A stretch of DNA of 64,000 nt. It comes from Diplonema japonicum. Its lineage: Eukaryota; Protista; Euglenozoa: Diplonemea. The position numbers and the translations under genes are program-made. The notes under the pieces are model-generated. The model had not been told where the DNA came from. It searched no databases and worked only from the letters and a program-made list of their open reading frames with translations. Below, piece after piece: positions 34,480 to 46,424 of this stretch; positions within the stretch are counted from its first letter, which is position 1; every line of letters starts with the position of its first letter. The stretch covers positions 1-64,000 of the forward strand of contig OZ025724.1 in assembly GCA_964019335.1 (NCBI GenBank), written 5' to 3'.

Positions 34480-35517
34480 TCCGGGAAAGAGTCCCCAACG
34501 GACTGAACATTCTGCAAGGGACTCAAATCCACAGAAGTCAATGAATAACAGTGAGGAAATCATCTCCGACAGTTGTGAGGTTCCGCAAGAAAGACAGATC
34601 CACAGTCGTCAGGGAGTTGAAGTCGTGGAGGAAAGAGTCCCCAACGGACTGAACATTCTGCAAGAGACTCAAGTCCACAGAAGTCAATGATTCACAGCGC
34701 CTGAGAAACTCATGTCCCACAGTTCCGAGGTTCTGGAGGAATCCCAGATCTAGTATCGTTAGGGATTTGCACTCGAAGAGGAAAGCGTCCCCAACGGAGC
34801 GAACATTCTTCCAAAGACTCAGATCAACAGTCTTTAGACGGTTGCAGCCGTAGAGAAAGGAGTCCCCAATGGACTGAACATTCTGCAAGTGACTCAAGTC
34901 CACAGACGTCAATGAATGACAGTGTCTGAGGAACTTATTTCCGACAGTTGTGAGGTTCCGGAAGGAACTAAGATGAACAGAAGTTAGGGATTTGCACTCG
35001 TGGAGAAAACGATGCCCAACAGACTGAACACCCTGCAAGGCCGACAGGTCCAAGGTGACGAGTGAGGAGCCAGACAAAAAGGAGTCCCCAATAGAGGTTG
35101 CACCGTCGCTCAGGGTCCACACCTTGAGGTGACGAAGCTTTGAGGGAAGCTTGCTTGTGAGTCTATCAAGACAGTCCAGACCAGTGACATCCACCGAAAG
35201 AAGAAACTCAGGATTCTCTTCGAGACGCATTCCAGCCTCCTCTTTCACACTCGGGAGGTCCACATGACTGACATCAAGTGTTTTGCAGAAAGCGCACAAG
35301 AGAACCCCATCCCCAGCTGCTGTATCTCCTGCTCCCCACTGCCAGATGTCTCATTATCCAAGACCACCCCTTCGAAGCGCAAGAGGAACTTCCCCACATC
35401 CACTGCAGAAGCCTCAGCCGCCTTCCTGTACAGGTCCTTCACCCTGTCAAGCCCAGACAGCTCCACCTCGTGCACCACATCCTCGTCGACAGTCCTGATC
35501 AACACTGCGAGGCTCAT
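34480..35517 (-). pseudogene. UBL + LRR protein, copy 2 (frameshifted, 3'-truncated)
   Basis: Same MSLAV start. A small deletion near 35300 shifts the frame. The LRRs end at the piggyBac remnant and there is no CaaX. Confidence 0.85.
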
Positions 35518-36861
35518 GTATTATTGTGAAATACCTTTGTCAATTCATAGGACTTAAAGATGTACAGTAAGAAGGAAGATATCTCGCTAAAAGAAGAGAA
35601 GAAGTACACTATGATAGGACCTCTGAACACTTGCTTATCATATTTATATACTGGCTGCAAAAAAAAAAAGGGGGGAACCCCCCGGAAGATCTCCCTGCAT
35701 AAGGCTCAGGGGTGGAAAAGAAAATATGGGAGCAGAAGAAAAAAAAGAGAAAAAGAAACTGGATGAGGGCGAGAGTTTGGAAGGCCCCTTCTTGGGGAGA
35801 AAAGGAGGCACAGTAAAGAAAGAAAACAGGGGGGGTAGAAAAGTAGGGGAGAAATGAATCCGCCCATTCTTCTGCTGTAATAATAATGGCATTACGCCTC
35901 TTGTATCCCTTGTATCACGACCCGGCACCCTTCCTGCCTAGGTCCTTTGTAGAGGAAGGAAAAAAGAAATCGCAATGGAAAAAAAAAAAAAAAAAAAAAA
36001 AACGGGAAAAAAAAGCCAATAAAAAAAAAGATATTGTTTCTTTCTTTTCTTATTTTTTGTTTTTCTTTTTTGGGTGAAGTGCGAACTTTGACCGCCAGGT
36101 TTTTAAAAATGCTCAAAATCCACCTCTAACCAAAACGCTCAAGCAAGCCCCCAGCTTTTTAAATGTCCAAACCCCCATGGGGGGGAACGGTTGAAGCTTT
36201 ACAAAATTACGATCAGGCCCCCTCTTGTTTCATGTATGCTCAGCAACCAGTCCCCGCGGAATCTTTTGGGTTTTCATTTTTCCTTCTTTTCTTTTTAAAA
36301 ATTCGTAATCGCAAAACAACACCAGGGACCTGTCTCTCCTTTCTGCACCGCCCACAGGCAGCAAGGACCGTCTACTCGGCAGTGTCCAACATTCTTTAAC
36401 GAAATTAAATACATGGGCCTAAGGCATTCCTTAAACTAAGGGGTTGATTTTTGAGCACCTCTCCCAAAAAACCTAGGGGTCAAAGTTTTGCCGTTTTCTC
36501 TTTTTTTTTCTTTTTTTTTCTCTTCTTCTTCTTCTTTTTTTAATACAAAAACTTACTACAACTAAATTAAAATACTTGCCATTTCTCTTTTTTTTGGCGC
36601 AATTTCTTCCACTTCGTTTGCCCTTTTGTGGCATTATTTTAAGAATCTGAGGGGTCTAAAATCCGAAAGTGGCAATGAGGAAATACTCGACACCTGAAGG
36701 GGGGGCCGACAAGTACCAGAAACTCACCGATATCTGCCAGAGAGGTGTGAAACGCAAACTTTTTCCGGTTTTTTTTTTTTTTTTTTTTTTTTTTAGCCTG
36801 TGGGCTTAGCGGTTAAAAAAAAAAAAAAAATTAAAAAAGAAATACTACCATGTGTTTTATT

Positions 36862-37392
36862 TTAGACCTTGTGTGGAGGTGGAGGATATCCCCCAAACTG
36901 CTCTTGAGGATAATGATGCTGTTGTGGTGGGGGGTACGCATAGTTGCTATTGTCGTAGCTGGTGCCAGTGTCGGCTGGGTATAGGCTAGCCTGCGGGTTG
37001 TAGGGGTAACCTTGTTGGGGTTGCACCCCTGGGTACCCATAGCTGTCTCCTGCCGGGGGAGCGGAGCTCTGCTTTGATGGTTTTGACGCGAAACAGCCCT
37101 TTTTCTGCCAAAACATAAAGCCTATAATGATGCATATGCAACAACAGAGCACAATGCAGCCTACGATCACCAAGCCTATGATCAAGGCAGTCCTGCACTC
37201 GTCGCTGCTTCCGCAGTCCCCACTCACACAGCAGTTGTGCGGGCAGTCAGACGTCCGCACATTTATCCTCCGTTCTTCATCATAGCAGTAATCGTCGTCG
37301 CTGCTCCCTCTGGATTTCGATTTGAATGTTTTCTTCCCATCGACGACAGCACACAAGAGCAGTGCTGCCAGACACAATAACTTACGAGTCAT
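36862..37392 (-). CDS. Cys-rich single-pass membrane protein (6-Cys ectodomain family)
   Basis: Signal peptide, YC...DCPHNCCVSGDCGSSDEC, Cys-rich TM helix, GCF and a Y/P/Q-rich tail. Confidence 0.85.
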   Translation of the reverse strand: MTRKLLCLAALLLCAVVDGKKTFKSKSRGSSDDDYCYDEERRINVRTSDCPHNCCVSGDCGSSDECRTALIIGLVIVGCIVLCCCICIIIGFMFWQKKGCFASKPSKQSSAPPAGDSYGYPGVQPQQGYPYNPQASLYPADTGTSYDNSNYAYPPPQQHHYPQEQFGGYPPPPHKV

Positions 37393-37523
37393 TTTTTTTC
37401 TTTTTTTTTTTTTAAAGAGTGTATTTTTTTTTTTTTCTTATTCGGTTTCTTTTTCTCTTTGAAAAAAAAAAAAAAAAGAATGGAATATGGAACCCGTCTT
37501 TGCCTTCCTTACTCGCATTTTTT

Positions 37524-38921
37524 TTAGCCAGAGATCTTTCCAACAGTTCGAACCGTATGTAGCCCACCTACTGTGGAAATGAAAAGCGAAGTCACCGTTC
37601 CATGGTTTGCCTGGAACCACACCGTGTGTCCTGATCCGCTTTGACCGCTGTAAATGGGGGACGCAGCTTGAGGTGTGATCCAGGTGTCCTCTGGGGGGTG
37701 CGGGAAGTCAGGCTCCGAGCGATGACGAAGCTCTATTGAGATAAAACCGCCTTGCTCAAAAAGAAGACCTCCCTCTTCTGTCCAGGAAATGGTATACCTG
37801 TACAAAGCACCCTCGTTAGCGAACTCCCACGTCCCTGTCAAGTCTGTAGGGGGTTCTTGTCCCTGCAAGAGAACACGCCTGCCTATGGTACGCGAAGCGG
37901 TGTCCATCTCGACAAACAATGACTGCAAGCTTCCTGCTTCATCATATTCGAACCAAATCGACTGCCCTCGTTCATTGCAACCGCCTACTACAGGAAAACT
38001 TGGACCGGGGTTGCCGGGTAGATCAACGGACCCAGCCTCCCCGTCTGCACGAAGGGGTATCCGTAGCTGCCGTTCTTCATATAGTAGTCCTTCGTGTGTT
38101 CTTGTGATGGAGTATCGGTGAGGCTTCAGCTCTAAAGAGTACACCCACGTTCCTGTGAGGCCTGCGTCTTCTTCACGCGATTCGATTCGTTCCCCGACGG
38201 TCTTCGTGATGATGTTGTTCCACATGAAGAGCGATTTCAATTTGTCGTTGTTGGGGCACAGTGTGAACCAAATGTACTGACCCATGCTTCCGCCGCCATA
38301 CATTGGATTGCTGACATCGCGGTCTAAAGGAGCTGATGGGAAGCAGCTGTCACCAGACTCGTAAAGAACTATCTCCAAAATTCCCTGTTTGAACAGAATG
38401 GTACTGTCAGAAGTGTTTTTGCTGATGGTGTAGTGAACCTTCGAGTGGGGGTTGAGGTCGTACACCCATGTGCCGAAGATGGGCTTTGAGAGGACCTTGG
38501 TTCCGATAAATCTGGTTTCATACATATCGCCTTTAAGAAGGCTTCGGAGTTGCTTATTCGAGTCGTTAGAAAACCATATTGATAATTTTGCCTTGTCGAG
38601 ATGGCCACCTAGGAGCGGGGCCGTCATCCAAGGGTCGTTGTTTAAACTCGGAAACGTATCATCTTGGCATCCGTGCAGTGGGATAACTATGTGGCCGTTT
38701 TCGTAAACTAGCTTCCCTCCTGTTTTCTTGATGGTGTATGTGTTCGGGCTGCCCATATGGGTATATTCCCAGGTCCCTAGGGCATCGGTGATGTCTTGCT
38801 CTTCTACCTCTTGTTTTATATCTATTAATTCTTCCTTAATGTTTGAAGAAATCTGATCAACGATCTCCCTGTGAGGTATCAGGCCACCTAGTGTGCCTAC
38901 TGTATTTCTTATCGTGTCCAT
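37524..38921 (-). CDS. Hypothetical protein with four ~100-aa beta-rich repeats
   Basis: Four units starting GTW(E/V)(Y/F)..Y(T/S)I..L(V/L)(Y/F)(E/K)..; each also has an (I/V)WF motif and an SL(L/F) motif. Confidence 0.8.
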   Translation of the reverse strand: MDTIRNTVGTLGGLIPHREIVDQISSNIKEELIDIKQEVEEQDITDALGTWEYTHMGSPNTYTIKKTGGKLVYENGHIVIPLHGCQDDTFPSLNNDPWMTAPLLGGHLDKAKLSIWFSNDSNKQLRSLLKGDMYETRFIGTKVLSKPIFGTWVYDLNPHSKVHYTISKNTSDSTILFKQGILEIVLYESGDSCFPSAPLDRDVSNPMYGGGSMGQYIWFTLCPNNDKLKSLFMWNNIITKTVGERIESREEDAGLTGTWVYSLELKPHRYSITRTHEGLLYEERQLRIPLRADGEAGSVDLPGNPGPSFPVVGGCNERGQSIWFEYDEAGSLQSLFVEMDTASRTIGRRVLLQGQEPPTDLTGTWEFANEGALYRYTISWTEEGGLLFEQGGFISIELRHRSEPDFPHPPEDTWITPQAASPIYSGQSGSGHTVWFQANHGTVTSLFISTVGGLHTVRTVGKISG

Positions 38922-39418
38922 GTTTTTTGTTTAGCTGATATGTAGTAGTAAAAATGGGAAAAAAAAAAAAAAAAAAAAAAACGTTATGGAAAAAAAAAGA
39001 GACAATGGACCGTGCAGTCTAAGAGAGAGCGTTTGTAGAGGAAGAGGTACAATAAAAAAAACTTTTAAAAAAAAAAAAGGACGAAATATTTGTATTTTGT
39101 TTTCTTCGTGAACCCCTTTTTTTCTTTTTTCTTATTGAGAAGACTTTTATGAGATATCTTTTTTAAGAAGAGAGTTTTAAGAGGGGAGGGAAAAAAAAAA
39201 AAAACAAAAAAAAAAAAGGAAAAGGATAAGAAGTTTCGAAACTCGTCGTTTTGGTTATTCGCTCGGGAAAAAAAAAAAAAAAAAAAAAAAAAAAAGTGAA
39301 TTTCTTTTTTTTTGTTTCGAATAAAAGAAGAAGAAAAAAAGAAGAACACGTTAGAAAAAAGAAGAAAAAAAAAAAAAAAAACAAAGAAAAAAACATTCTT
39401 ATCCCTCCTTTTTTCCAC

Positions 39419-39456
<38 letters not shown>

Positions 39457-39578
39457 GTTTCTCTTCCCCCTCCTAAGTTTTCTTTTTTTTTTTTTTAAAA
39501 AGAACAAATTCTCAAAAAAAGAAATCCCGTCTCTTCCTGTATATAATAATCACATCACGATCAAAAAAAAAAAAAAAA

Positions 39579-41276
39579 TCACTGGCAAGTCGGCCCATGA
39601 CAGTGGTACCACTTGAACGTAAGCTCTGTGAGCATTTGCACCAGCCCGGGGTCAGAAGCTGCAGTAGCATTATATATATTATGCAACTCGAAGGGATCAG
39701 CACGCAAGTTAAACAGCTCATACATATAAGGCTTCGTGAAGTTGGTCTGCTTGCCATACGGGTCGTACATCGCAAATTTATAATCACCCTCTTCACCCTT
39801 GTATGTAACTCCAATGTAAGTGTTGCTCCAATCGTCCAAAGGATGGCGCGTCCCAACCTCCCAAGGCCCTTGATTGTAGTATTCGTGAAATGTTGAATTT
39901 CTCACGAACGGGGCCGCGGTCTGCAAATGCAGCAAAACAGACCCTGGGAGAACATTCTTTTCTGCGGAACTAATAAGCATTGGCACCATAGACCTCCCAT
40001 CCATGTAGGAAGGAGTCGGTATCCCAGCGAGACCGAGAATTGTGGGTGCGAGATCGACCTGCGTACCCATTGTACTAAACGTGCTGTTTTGTTGAATACC
40101 AGGACCGGCGAAAAGCATAGGAATCTTCAAAGAATGCTCGTATAATAAAAACTTGTTTGATGGGAGCATGTGATGGCCGAGGTTGTACCCGTGATCGGAG
40201 GTGACTAAAATGTAAGTGTTGTTCATCAGCTGAAGGTCCTCCAGCGTCTTTACAATCTGCGCGTAAGAGTCATCGACAGACAGTAGTGTTTTACACCTTT
40301 TCTGCGCCAGGCCGTCGATCTGATCGACATCATTCCCGTTGAAGTAAGGTTGGCATGAAACCAGTTCATGAAAATCAGTGGAGTTCCACCACATCACCGG
40401 CCCCTCTGGTGGACCTGCAGAACACGTTGTTCTGACAGGCCCGCTGTAGTTCCAATTAGGTATCCTAGGAGCAATGATCCCATCGCATTTGTTCCCAGTT
40501 TGGTACCACGGTGCAGGCGTGGCGGGGGAGTGCGGGGCATGGGGTGCGAAATATATGAAAAACGGTCTTTTTTCGGGTTGGGATGAAACTTCGTGGATCC
40601 ACTGGACAGTCATGTTTCCTATTGTAGAGGTGGTGTAGCCGTCACCTTTTCCGGACCAGATTCCTCCTGGAAATGTTTTTGTCTGGCATTTCGATGAGTT
40701 CCACGGCCAGTCGCAGCCTGCGGCTTTATTGTCGTAGAAAGTTGTGTTTAGGTATCCAACACCTTCAAACCAGCGGTCGAATACCCCGGCTTGGTGGGGG
40801 TTTGCGTCGGGGTCGGAGTTGTACCCACCTTCTGTGTTTATACCGCAGCCGCCGTTCATGCATTTTCCGAATAAAGCGGTGGTGTAGCCTTTTTCCTCGC
40901 GGAGCGTTTTTGCGAAGAAATACGGCCAGACCTTTCCGCCGAGGTCGATTTGATTCACAGCGCCGGAAGAAACCTTTGGTGAAGGGGTTTTCTCTTTGCT
41001 TGCGATGGTGTGGAGATATCTGCCACTTTGAAGTTGCCCCCTAGAGGGACCGCATATTGGAGTGTGGATTCTCCATTCACTTGCGATGGCTCCTTTGTGC
41101 TGAACAGCTTGCTTTGTCTGCTGCATGTTATCCCAGCCTCCAATAACCTCGTCTTGATCGTCCGTAAGCATCAAAACAATATTCGGGCAATCTTTGCAGA
41201 CATTTCCGGGCTGAGGTGGCCCGCTTTCTGCTGATGTATATGCTAGTATAGTTACTGTGATGAATATGGACCGCAT
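39579..41276 (-). CDS. GNS: Secreted/lysosomal sulfatase, N-acetylglucosamine-6-sulfatase-like
   Basis: Signal peptide; PNIVLMLTDDQD, formylglycine motif CGPSR, FGK, PHAPH, SVDD and TSDHGY; ELFNLRADPFELHN. Confidence 0.88.
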   Translation of the reverse strand: MRSIFITVTILAYTSAESGPPQPGNVCKDCPNIVLMLTDDQDEVIGGWDNMQQTKQAVQHKGAIASEWRIHTPICGPSRGQLQSGRYLHTIASKEKTPSPKVSSGAVNQIDLGGKVWPYFFAKTLREEKGYTTALFGKCMNGGCGINTEGGYNSDPDANPHQAGVFDRWFEGVGYLNTTFYDNKAAGCDWPWNSSKCQTKTFPGGIWSGKGDGYTTSTIGNMTVQWIHEVSSQPEKRPFFIYFAPHAPHSPATPAPWYQTGNKCDGIIAPRIPNWNYSGPVRTTCSAGPPEGPVMWWNSTDFHELVSCQPYFNGNDVDQIDGLAQKRCKTLLSVDDSYAQIVKTLEDLQLMNNTYILVTSDHGYNLGHHMLPSNKFLLYEHSLKIPMLFAGPGIQQNSTFSTMGTQVDLAPTILGLAGIPTPSYMDGRSMVPMLISSAEKNVLPGSVLLHLQTAAPFVRNSTFHEYYNQGPWEVGTRHPLDDWSNTYIGVTYKGEEGDYKFAMYDPYGKQTNFTKPYMYELFNLRADPFELHNIYNATAASDPGLVQMLTELTFKWYHCHGPTCQ

Positions 41277-41860
41277 TTCTTTTTTTTTTTTTTTTTTTTT
41301 CCCCCTTGGGTTTACAGGTTTCTTTGTTTGTTGGAGCAGGGGTGTAAAAAAAAAAAAAAAATAAGAGGGGTAAAAAAAAGGTGGGGGGGGGTAAGAAACA
41401 AAGTTTCAGGCAGATAATAAAGGCTTTCCCCTTTTCCCGATTTCTTTTTTTACCACCACCCCACGGGTCTCTTTGAGGCCCTTCAGGGTTTCCCCCTCCC
41501 CTACCCTTTTTTTCTTTCCTTTGAAAAGAAAATGCTCTTCAGTGCTTTGTCTTGAATCTTCCCTTTTTAAAATGGGCTTTTTTTTCTATTGTGCAGTGGA
41601 AATAGAAGAGAAAAAAACAAAAGAGAAAAAACAAAGATTTTTTTTTTCTTTTCCCTCTTTCTTTTTTTTTCTCATTTTATTCCGCAACACGACAAACACG
41701 TCACAAGAAAGGACAAGGGAGGGGGTGGGGGTGGGGAGGGCAGCATTCATTCCCCCCGGCTCTTTCTTTTTCCCCCTTAAAAAAAAAAAAAAAAAAAGCT
41801 TTTATTTTATATAAAAATTAAAAAAAAATCTTAAAAAAAAAAGAAAAAAGAAAAACAATT

Positions 41861-41897
<37 letters not shown>

Positions 41898-41902
<5 letters not shown>

Positions 41903-42476
41903 GCTCCTCATCATCGGCCCAAGGCAGTTTCCCAGTCCCGCACACTTCTTCACAAGTGAATCTTGAACGCTTATGGTGAACAGCAATCTCTATCTTGGCG
42001 ACAGGAGAGTTGGGCTTGCATTCACAAAACCCAATACCGCCCCCAGGAGGGATGGACTCAGAACAAGTTGTGTCCTCTCTAGGAAGGCGCTCTTTGGTGG
42101 TGGTATGGCGGCGGAAGGCAATGCAGTGGGGGGTTTCCTGATGGCCCTTTTCCACCCATGTAGGTTTGGGGGTGTCAAGTGTGACTCCATGCTCCGCAAA
42201 GATCCTGTGGTGGTCTTCCACACTATCTGTCTCCTTGATGTTTGTTGTTGAAACTGTTTGGCCGTACTTGTCCAGCCAGTGGACGATGGGCGCGCTGCCG
42301 CGTACCTGAATTACCTCAAGGGCAGCGTATTTCGGTGCTTCCTCGGCAATAAACTTCTTGCACTGAGGAAACCTCCCCATTCGTCACCCAGGGCACCTCT
42401 CCAGCCTCGCAGCCACAATCTCCTCCTCAGCGGCGGTCATCGCAATGATGACCGCTAAAACGGCAACCATTTTCAT
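41898..42476 (-). CDS. SelM/Sep15-family selenoprotein (in-frame UGA at 42384-42386 = Sec) with a Cys-rich C-terminal domain
   Basis: MKMVAVLAVIIAMTAA signal peptide, then ARLERCPG-UGA-RMGRFPQCKKFI continues in frame into ORF 41898-42380. The CxxU context matches SelM (R.E.CGGU.L.R). Ends with DEEL. Confidence 0.85.
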
Positions 42477-43577
42477 TTTTTTTTTTTTTTTTTTTTTTAT
42501 AGCCTGTAGTATAAAAGTTTTGCAGTGTTCTGAAAAAAAAAAAAAAAAAAAAAAAAAAAGGAAAGAAGAAAAAAAAAGGAAAGAAGAAAAAAAAAGAAGA
42601 AGAAAAAAAAGAAAAAAGAAAAAAGAGTCGGTTGATTGTGTTAGCCGGGTTGACCTATTGTAGGGATAAACGGACAAGCTGCCTTTACTCTTTTTTTTTT
42701 TTTTTTTTTTTTTTTTGCAATAACAATTCGTTATTCGTTCCAGGGAGAAAAAAAAAAGTGACAAAATGTGACTTGATTTTTTTAGCGGGGTGGGGTGGGG
42801 AGCTATGTTGGTAGAAAACGGGGAAAACGTTTTAGTTTCTATTGCCTTTTCCATATTTCTTTCAAAAAAAAAAAAAAAGAAAAAAAAAAAAAAAACCGCG
42901 TTTTCCTTTCGAAAAGAAAACGGCTCCAAAAAAAAGAGTCGGTTGATTGTTTGTGCACAGCCGGAAAAAAAAAAAGAAAACTTTATGTTTCCATATTTTT
43001 CAAAAAGAAAAGCTTGGAAGTTTTTTTACCAACACAGCCCTGGGGGGGGGGGGGGGGGGGGGTGTAGTTCATACAATTGTGAAGCGTTCGCTGTGAAGCC
43101 TTCAAAGATTCCCCTCCCTTGCCCGCCCCCTTGTGACTGCCTAGAAATTAAAATGTAAAGGGAGAAAGAGAAAGAAAAAAAAAAAAAGAAGAAGGCGCTG
43201 CTTTGAAAAAGGGAAAGGTCGAGGGGGCTTTTATTTTTTTTCGTTTCGGCTTTTTTCAAAATAATTTGTGCGGCCGAAAGAAAAGTTGGCCACGACTAAC
43301 CCTTCTGCTAAAAATGAGCCATAATTAACTTTTTTTTTTTTATGACGACATACTTTGTTGGTGATAAATTGCCTTGTTCCGTGTTCACGCAAAAGAAAGG
43401 GGAAAGTGGAAAAATGTGTGAAAACTCGTTTTTGATGCTTTTGCACACTCGCACTGTTGTGTCTCGCAAACAAAGTAATCAAGAAACAGTGAGCAACAAG
43501 CCAAACATCGAAAAAACAATAGTTAGAAGAAGAAGAAAAAAAATGTGTTCTTTTTTTGTTAAAGAGAAAGAAAGTAA

Positions 43578-44052
43578 AGAGGAAATCCCTGATCTGGGAC
43601 GTCCTGTCTTGTTCTTCTACCTGTCCCTATCTCCCTTCAGCGGCTTCGGCCTTTCCTTTTTGGGCTGAGCCCGCTCCCTCTGCCACTGCTGCCTCAGTTT
43701 CTGGCGCTCACCCGCTCCTTCTGCCACTGCTGCCTCAGTTTCTGGAGGTCCTTCTTCGTCTGTTCCGAGACGTGCAGCGGTCTTCTGTCCCAGCCCAAGA
43801 CCTTTCTCCCCCCTATGGTCCTCAGGCCGTGGTTCCGCCGTTGCTCCGCCGGTATGGCTCTGTGTCCCCTGACCTTCCTCCTTATCCGCGCGTCCTGCCA
43901 GCCTTCCTGCAGCCTCACCAGCAGGCCATGCAGCCGTCTCGCCTTTTTCCCTATTAGTGTCAGGTCTCCACGTTCACCCACCAGCGACTTCATTGTGCTG
44001 TTCTCAAAGTCCAGCGCAAGCTCTATTGTCGTGACCGTTGTTCTCCTCGGTT
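43578..44052 (-). mobile_element. Non-LTR retrotransposon 3' relic
   Basis: ELALDFE..KKARRLHGLL..IPAE..LRTIG..GWDRRP, homologous to the other relics; has a short internal duplication at about 43675-43745. Confidence 0.85.
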
Positions 44053-44640
44053 AAAGAGAAAGAAAGGAGAAAGAGAAGAAATTTTCTTTTGCCGAAGATG
44101 TTTTGAAAGGTCTGTTTGTGTCTAGGTGACAGTCGCACGCCGTTTGGTTTGCCTTCTTCTTGCCACTCCGACGAGCACCGTCGCCCTGATACAGACTTCC
44201 CTGAATGACTCGCTTAAGGGGAGGTGTCGTTACGCGCCTAGACCCGGCCAAAGGTCTTGCTGCCCCTTTTGAAAAGAAAGAGTGGTGGATTTCTTTTTTT
44301 TTCTTTTTTTTTTTAATTTTAAAAAAAATGGAAGTATAATATTAAAAAAAAAAAAGAAAAGCTGGACAAGAGCAGTTCGACTAACTTATCAGAACCCGCT
44401 TAACTCGCTTTTCTTTCTTTTTTTCTTTTTTTTTTCTCTTTAAAAAAGAGTCGGTTGATTGTTGCATTTGTGCACAGCCGGTTTTTTTTCCTTTTTTTTT
44501 TTTTTTTCCTTTTCATTTATTAAACTTTTTCATTAATTTCGAGCATTCGAATTAAAAAGGGAAAAAAAAAAAAAAAAATAAGAAGAAATCCCTGATTTGG
44601 GACGTTCATTTAAAAAAAAAAATTAAAAAAAAAAATTTAA

Positions 44641-46424
44641 CCATCTACCAACGGCCATTTTTGCCCACCAAGGGGTAAATTTTCAAAACTTCAAAAAAAA
44701 GCTATTCTAGCGCAACGCCGGGGCTATATGCCCCCGGAAATGCCTCCAGATGTCCCAATTCTAGAGAGAGGGTGCCACAGCAGGGCCCACCCTCACAACA
44801 TTGTCAAAAATATCGTTCCTGAAGTGCCCGAGAGGGGGTACAAAAAACAAGTCAAAAAGAATCGACTGTAAAATTCTATAAAAAGCTCTTTAAGGCCTTC
44901 TTGACGCGGTTCGTACGTGCCCCAGGGCTGGGGGACTTCTTACTCCGAGAGGGGTTTCTGGGGGGTATCCCCGCAAGGTGGTAGTCTTTGAAGCACGGAG
45001 TCACGCAAAGTTGTACCAAGCAGGTTGAACACTGGAACTGGGGTCTTTTCGACTTGCCATGCTTACACCGCACGTTGCACTACTTTTTCGGGGAAATGGT
45101 CCCAGAAGGTACTATCGCGGCGCATTGGGGTCTCAGGGCACTCGTTCTGTGTTTCGGGGCATGGTATTGGGGCAGCCTGCTCTGTAGTTGACTTTATCTG
45201 TTGTTTAGACAGCCTCCTTAGTAGCCCTTCGATGACTGCCTCTTTGAAAGGCGTGAATCCACTGTCGTTCGTACTCAGGGTGTTGGGGGGCAATGCTTCT
45301 TTCCAAACAAGCCAAGCATTTGCCAGAGATTTATCTAACAAGTACGAAAATACTTTCAGGGGCCACTTCGAAGTCATAAGGGTGCGTTTATGGCGTTTTG
45401 TCACAGCGTCACCCAGCGTCGGTTCCGCCCATTGCGGTGTTGTAAATATGCACTTGGTGGGGGAGCGGGATGTCCTTTCCGGCTTTCATTCTCTTTTGGC
45501 CGACACGTCAAATTTGACTTCACCAGAACATCCAACGTCGACAGAAAGCGCACAGGCTTGATGTCATGCCACGTTGTGCAAAGGATGCTCACGTGCTGGT
45601 GGAACTGGGTGTCCCCACAGGATGCGTGTCCTTGGGCTTGCGGCCTCGCTTCTTTGGGGCATCCATGATCTCCGGGAGGCCTTCGCGATAGGTAGAAGTC
45701 AGCACGCTTGTTTGTTTCGCTGTGGAAACACAGATTTCCCAGAATAGTCAAAAAGCGGTCTCTTGACATGACGGTGGCGTACCCAGGGGTGTGGTTGAGA
45801 GACGTGGAGCCAGTGCGCCAGTAGTCAAAATAATCTGGCTTGATATCCAAGTCCATCGACAAAAGGGCACCTAGGAAGGTACGCAAAGAAGCAGCATTGA
45901 GATCCAGGGAAACACCTTTTTTAGCCGCATTTGCCACATTGTTCGAAATTATGACCCAAATAACGTTTGGGGCGAGCATTTGGGAGAATATATGGAATGG
46001 CGTTGAGCCTCTGATGTCAAAACAGGGTCCACAAGGATTCCGATCTTCACGAAACCGGATGCCTTCCAACCGCTCCGGCTTTGCCGTCCAATCACCCTGC
46101 TGTGACTCGGTATCGGTCGAATTCGAATCAGAATCACTGTCCGTACCAAAATTGCATAATAGGGATGAGCCATCAGTGCTACCATCACTCATAATGTCCT
46201 CTTCCGGCCTCTTTCTGGGCACCCTTTTTTGAAGTGATTTTTAAGGGTAAATTTGGGCTGGCGTTTTTTTTCTTTTTTCTTTTTCTTGTTAAGTTAGGGC
46301 AGCATTTAGTTTATATTTTTCATATTTTCCGCGCAGGACCCCGGATGCGAGAAGTGGCCGGGCTGTATTGCATTGAAAGCCCTTTGCGCAAATCGTCACT
46401 ATAAAGACGCTCGTTGGTAGATGG
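44641..46424 (-). mobile_element. Internally deleted piggyBac transposon (family B) with a fragmented transposase
   Basis: TTAA at 44637-44640 and 46425-46428. 13-bp TIRs CCATCTACCAACG / CGTTGGTAGATGG. Transposase motifs LRTFLG..DYW..VMSRDRF, KWPLKVFSYLLD..ANAW and the C-terminal Cys-rich domain CSTC..LCVTPCFKDYH. Confidence 0.92.
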
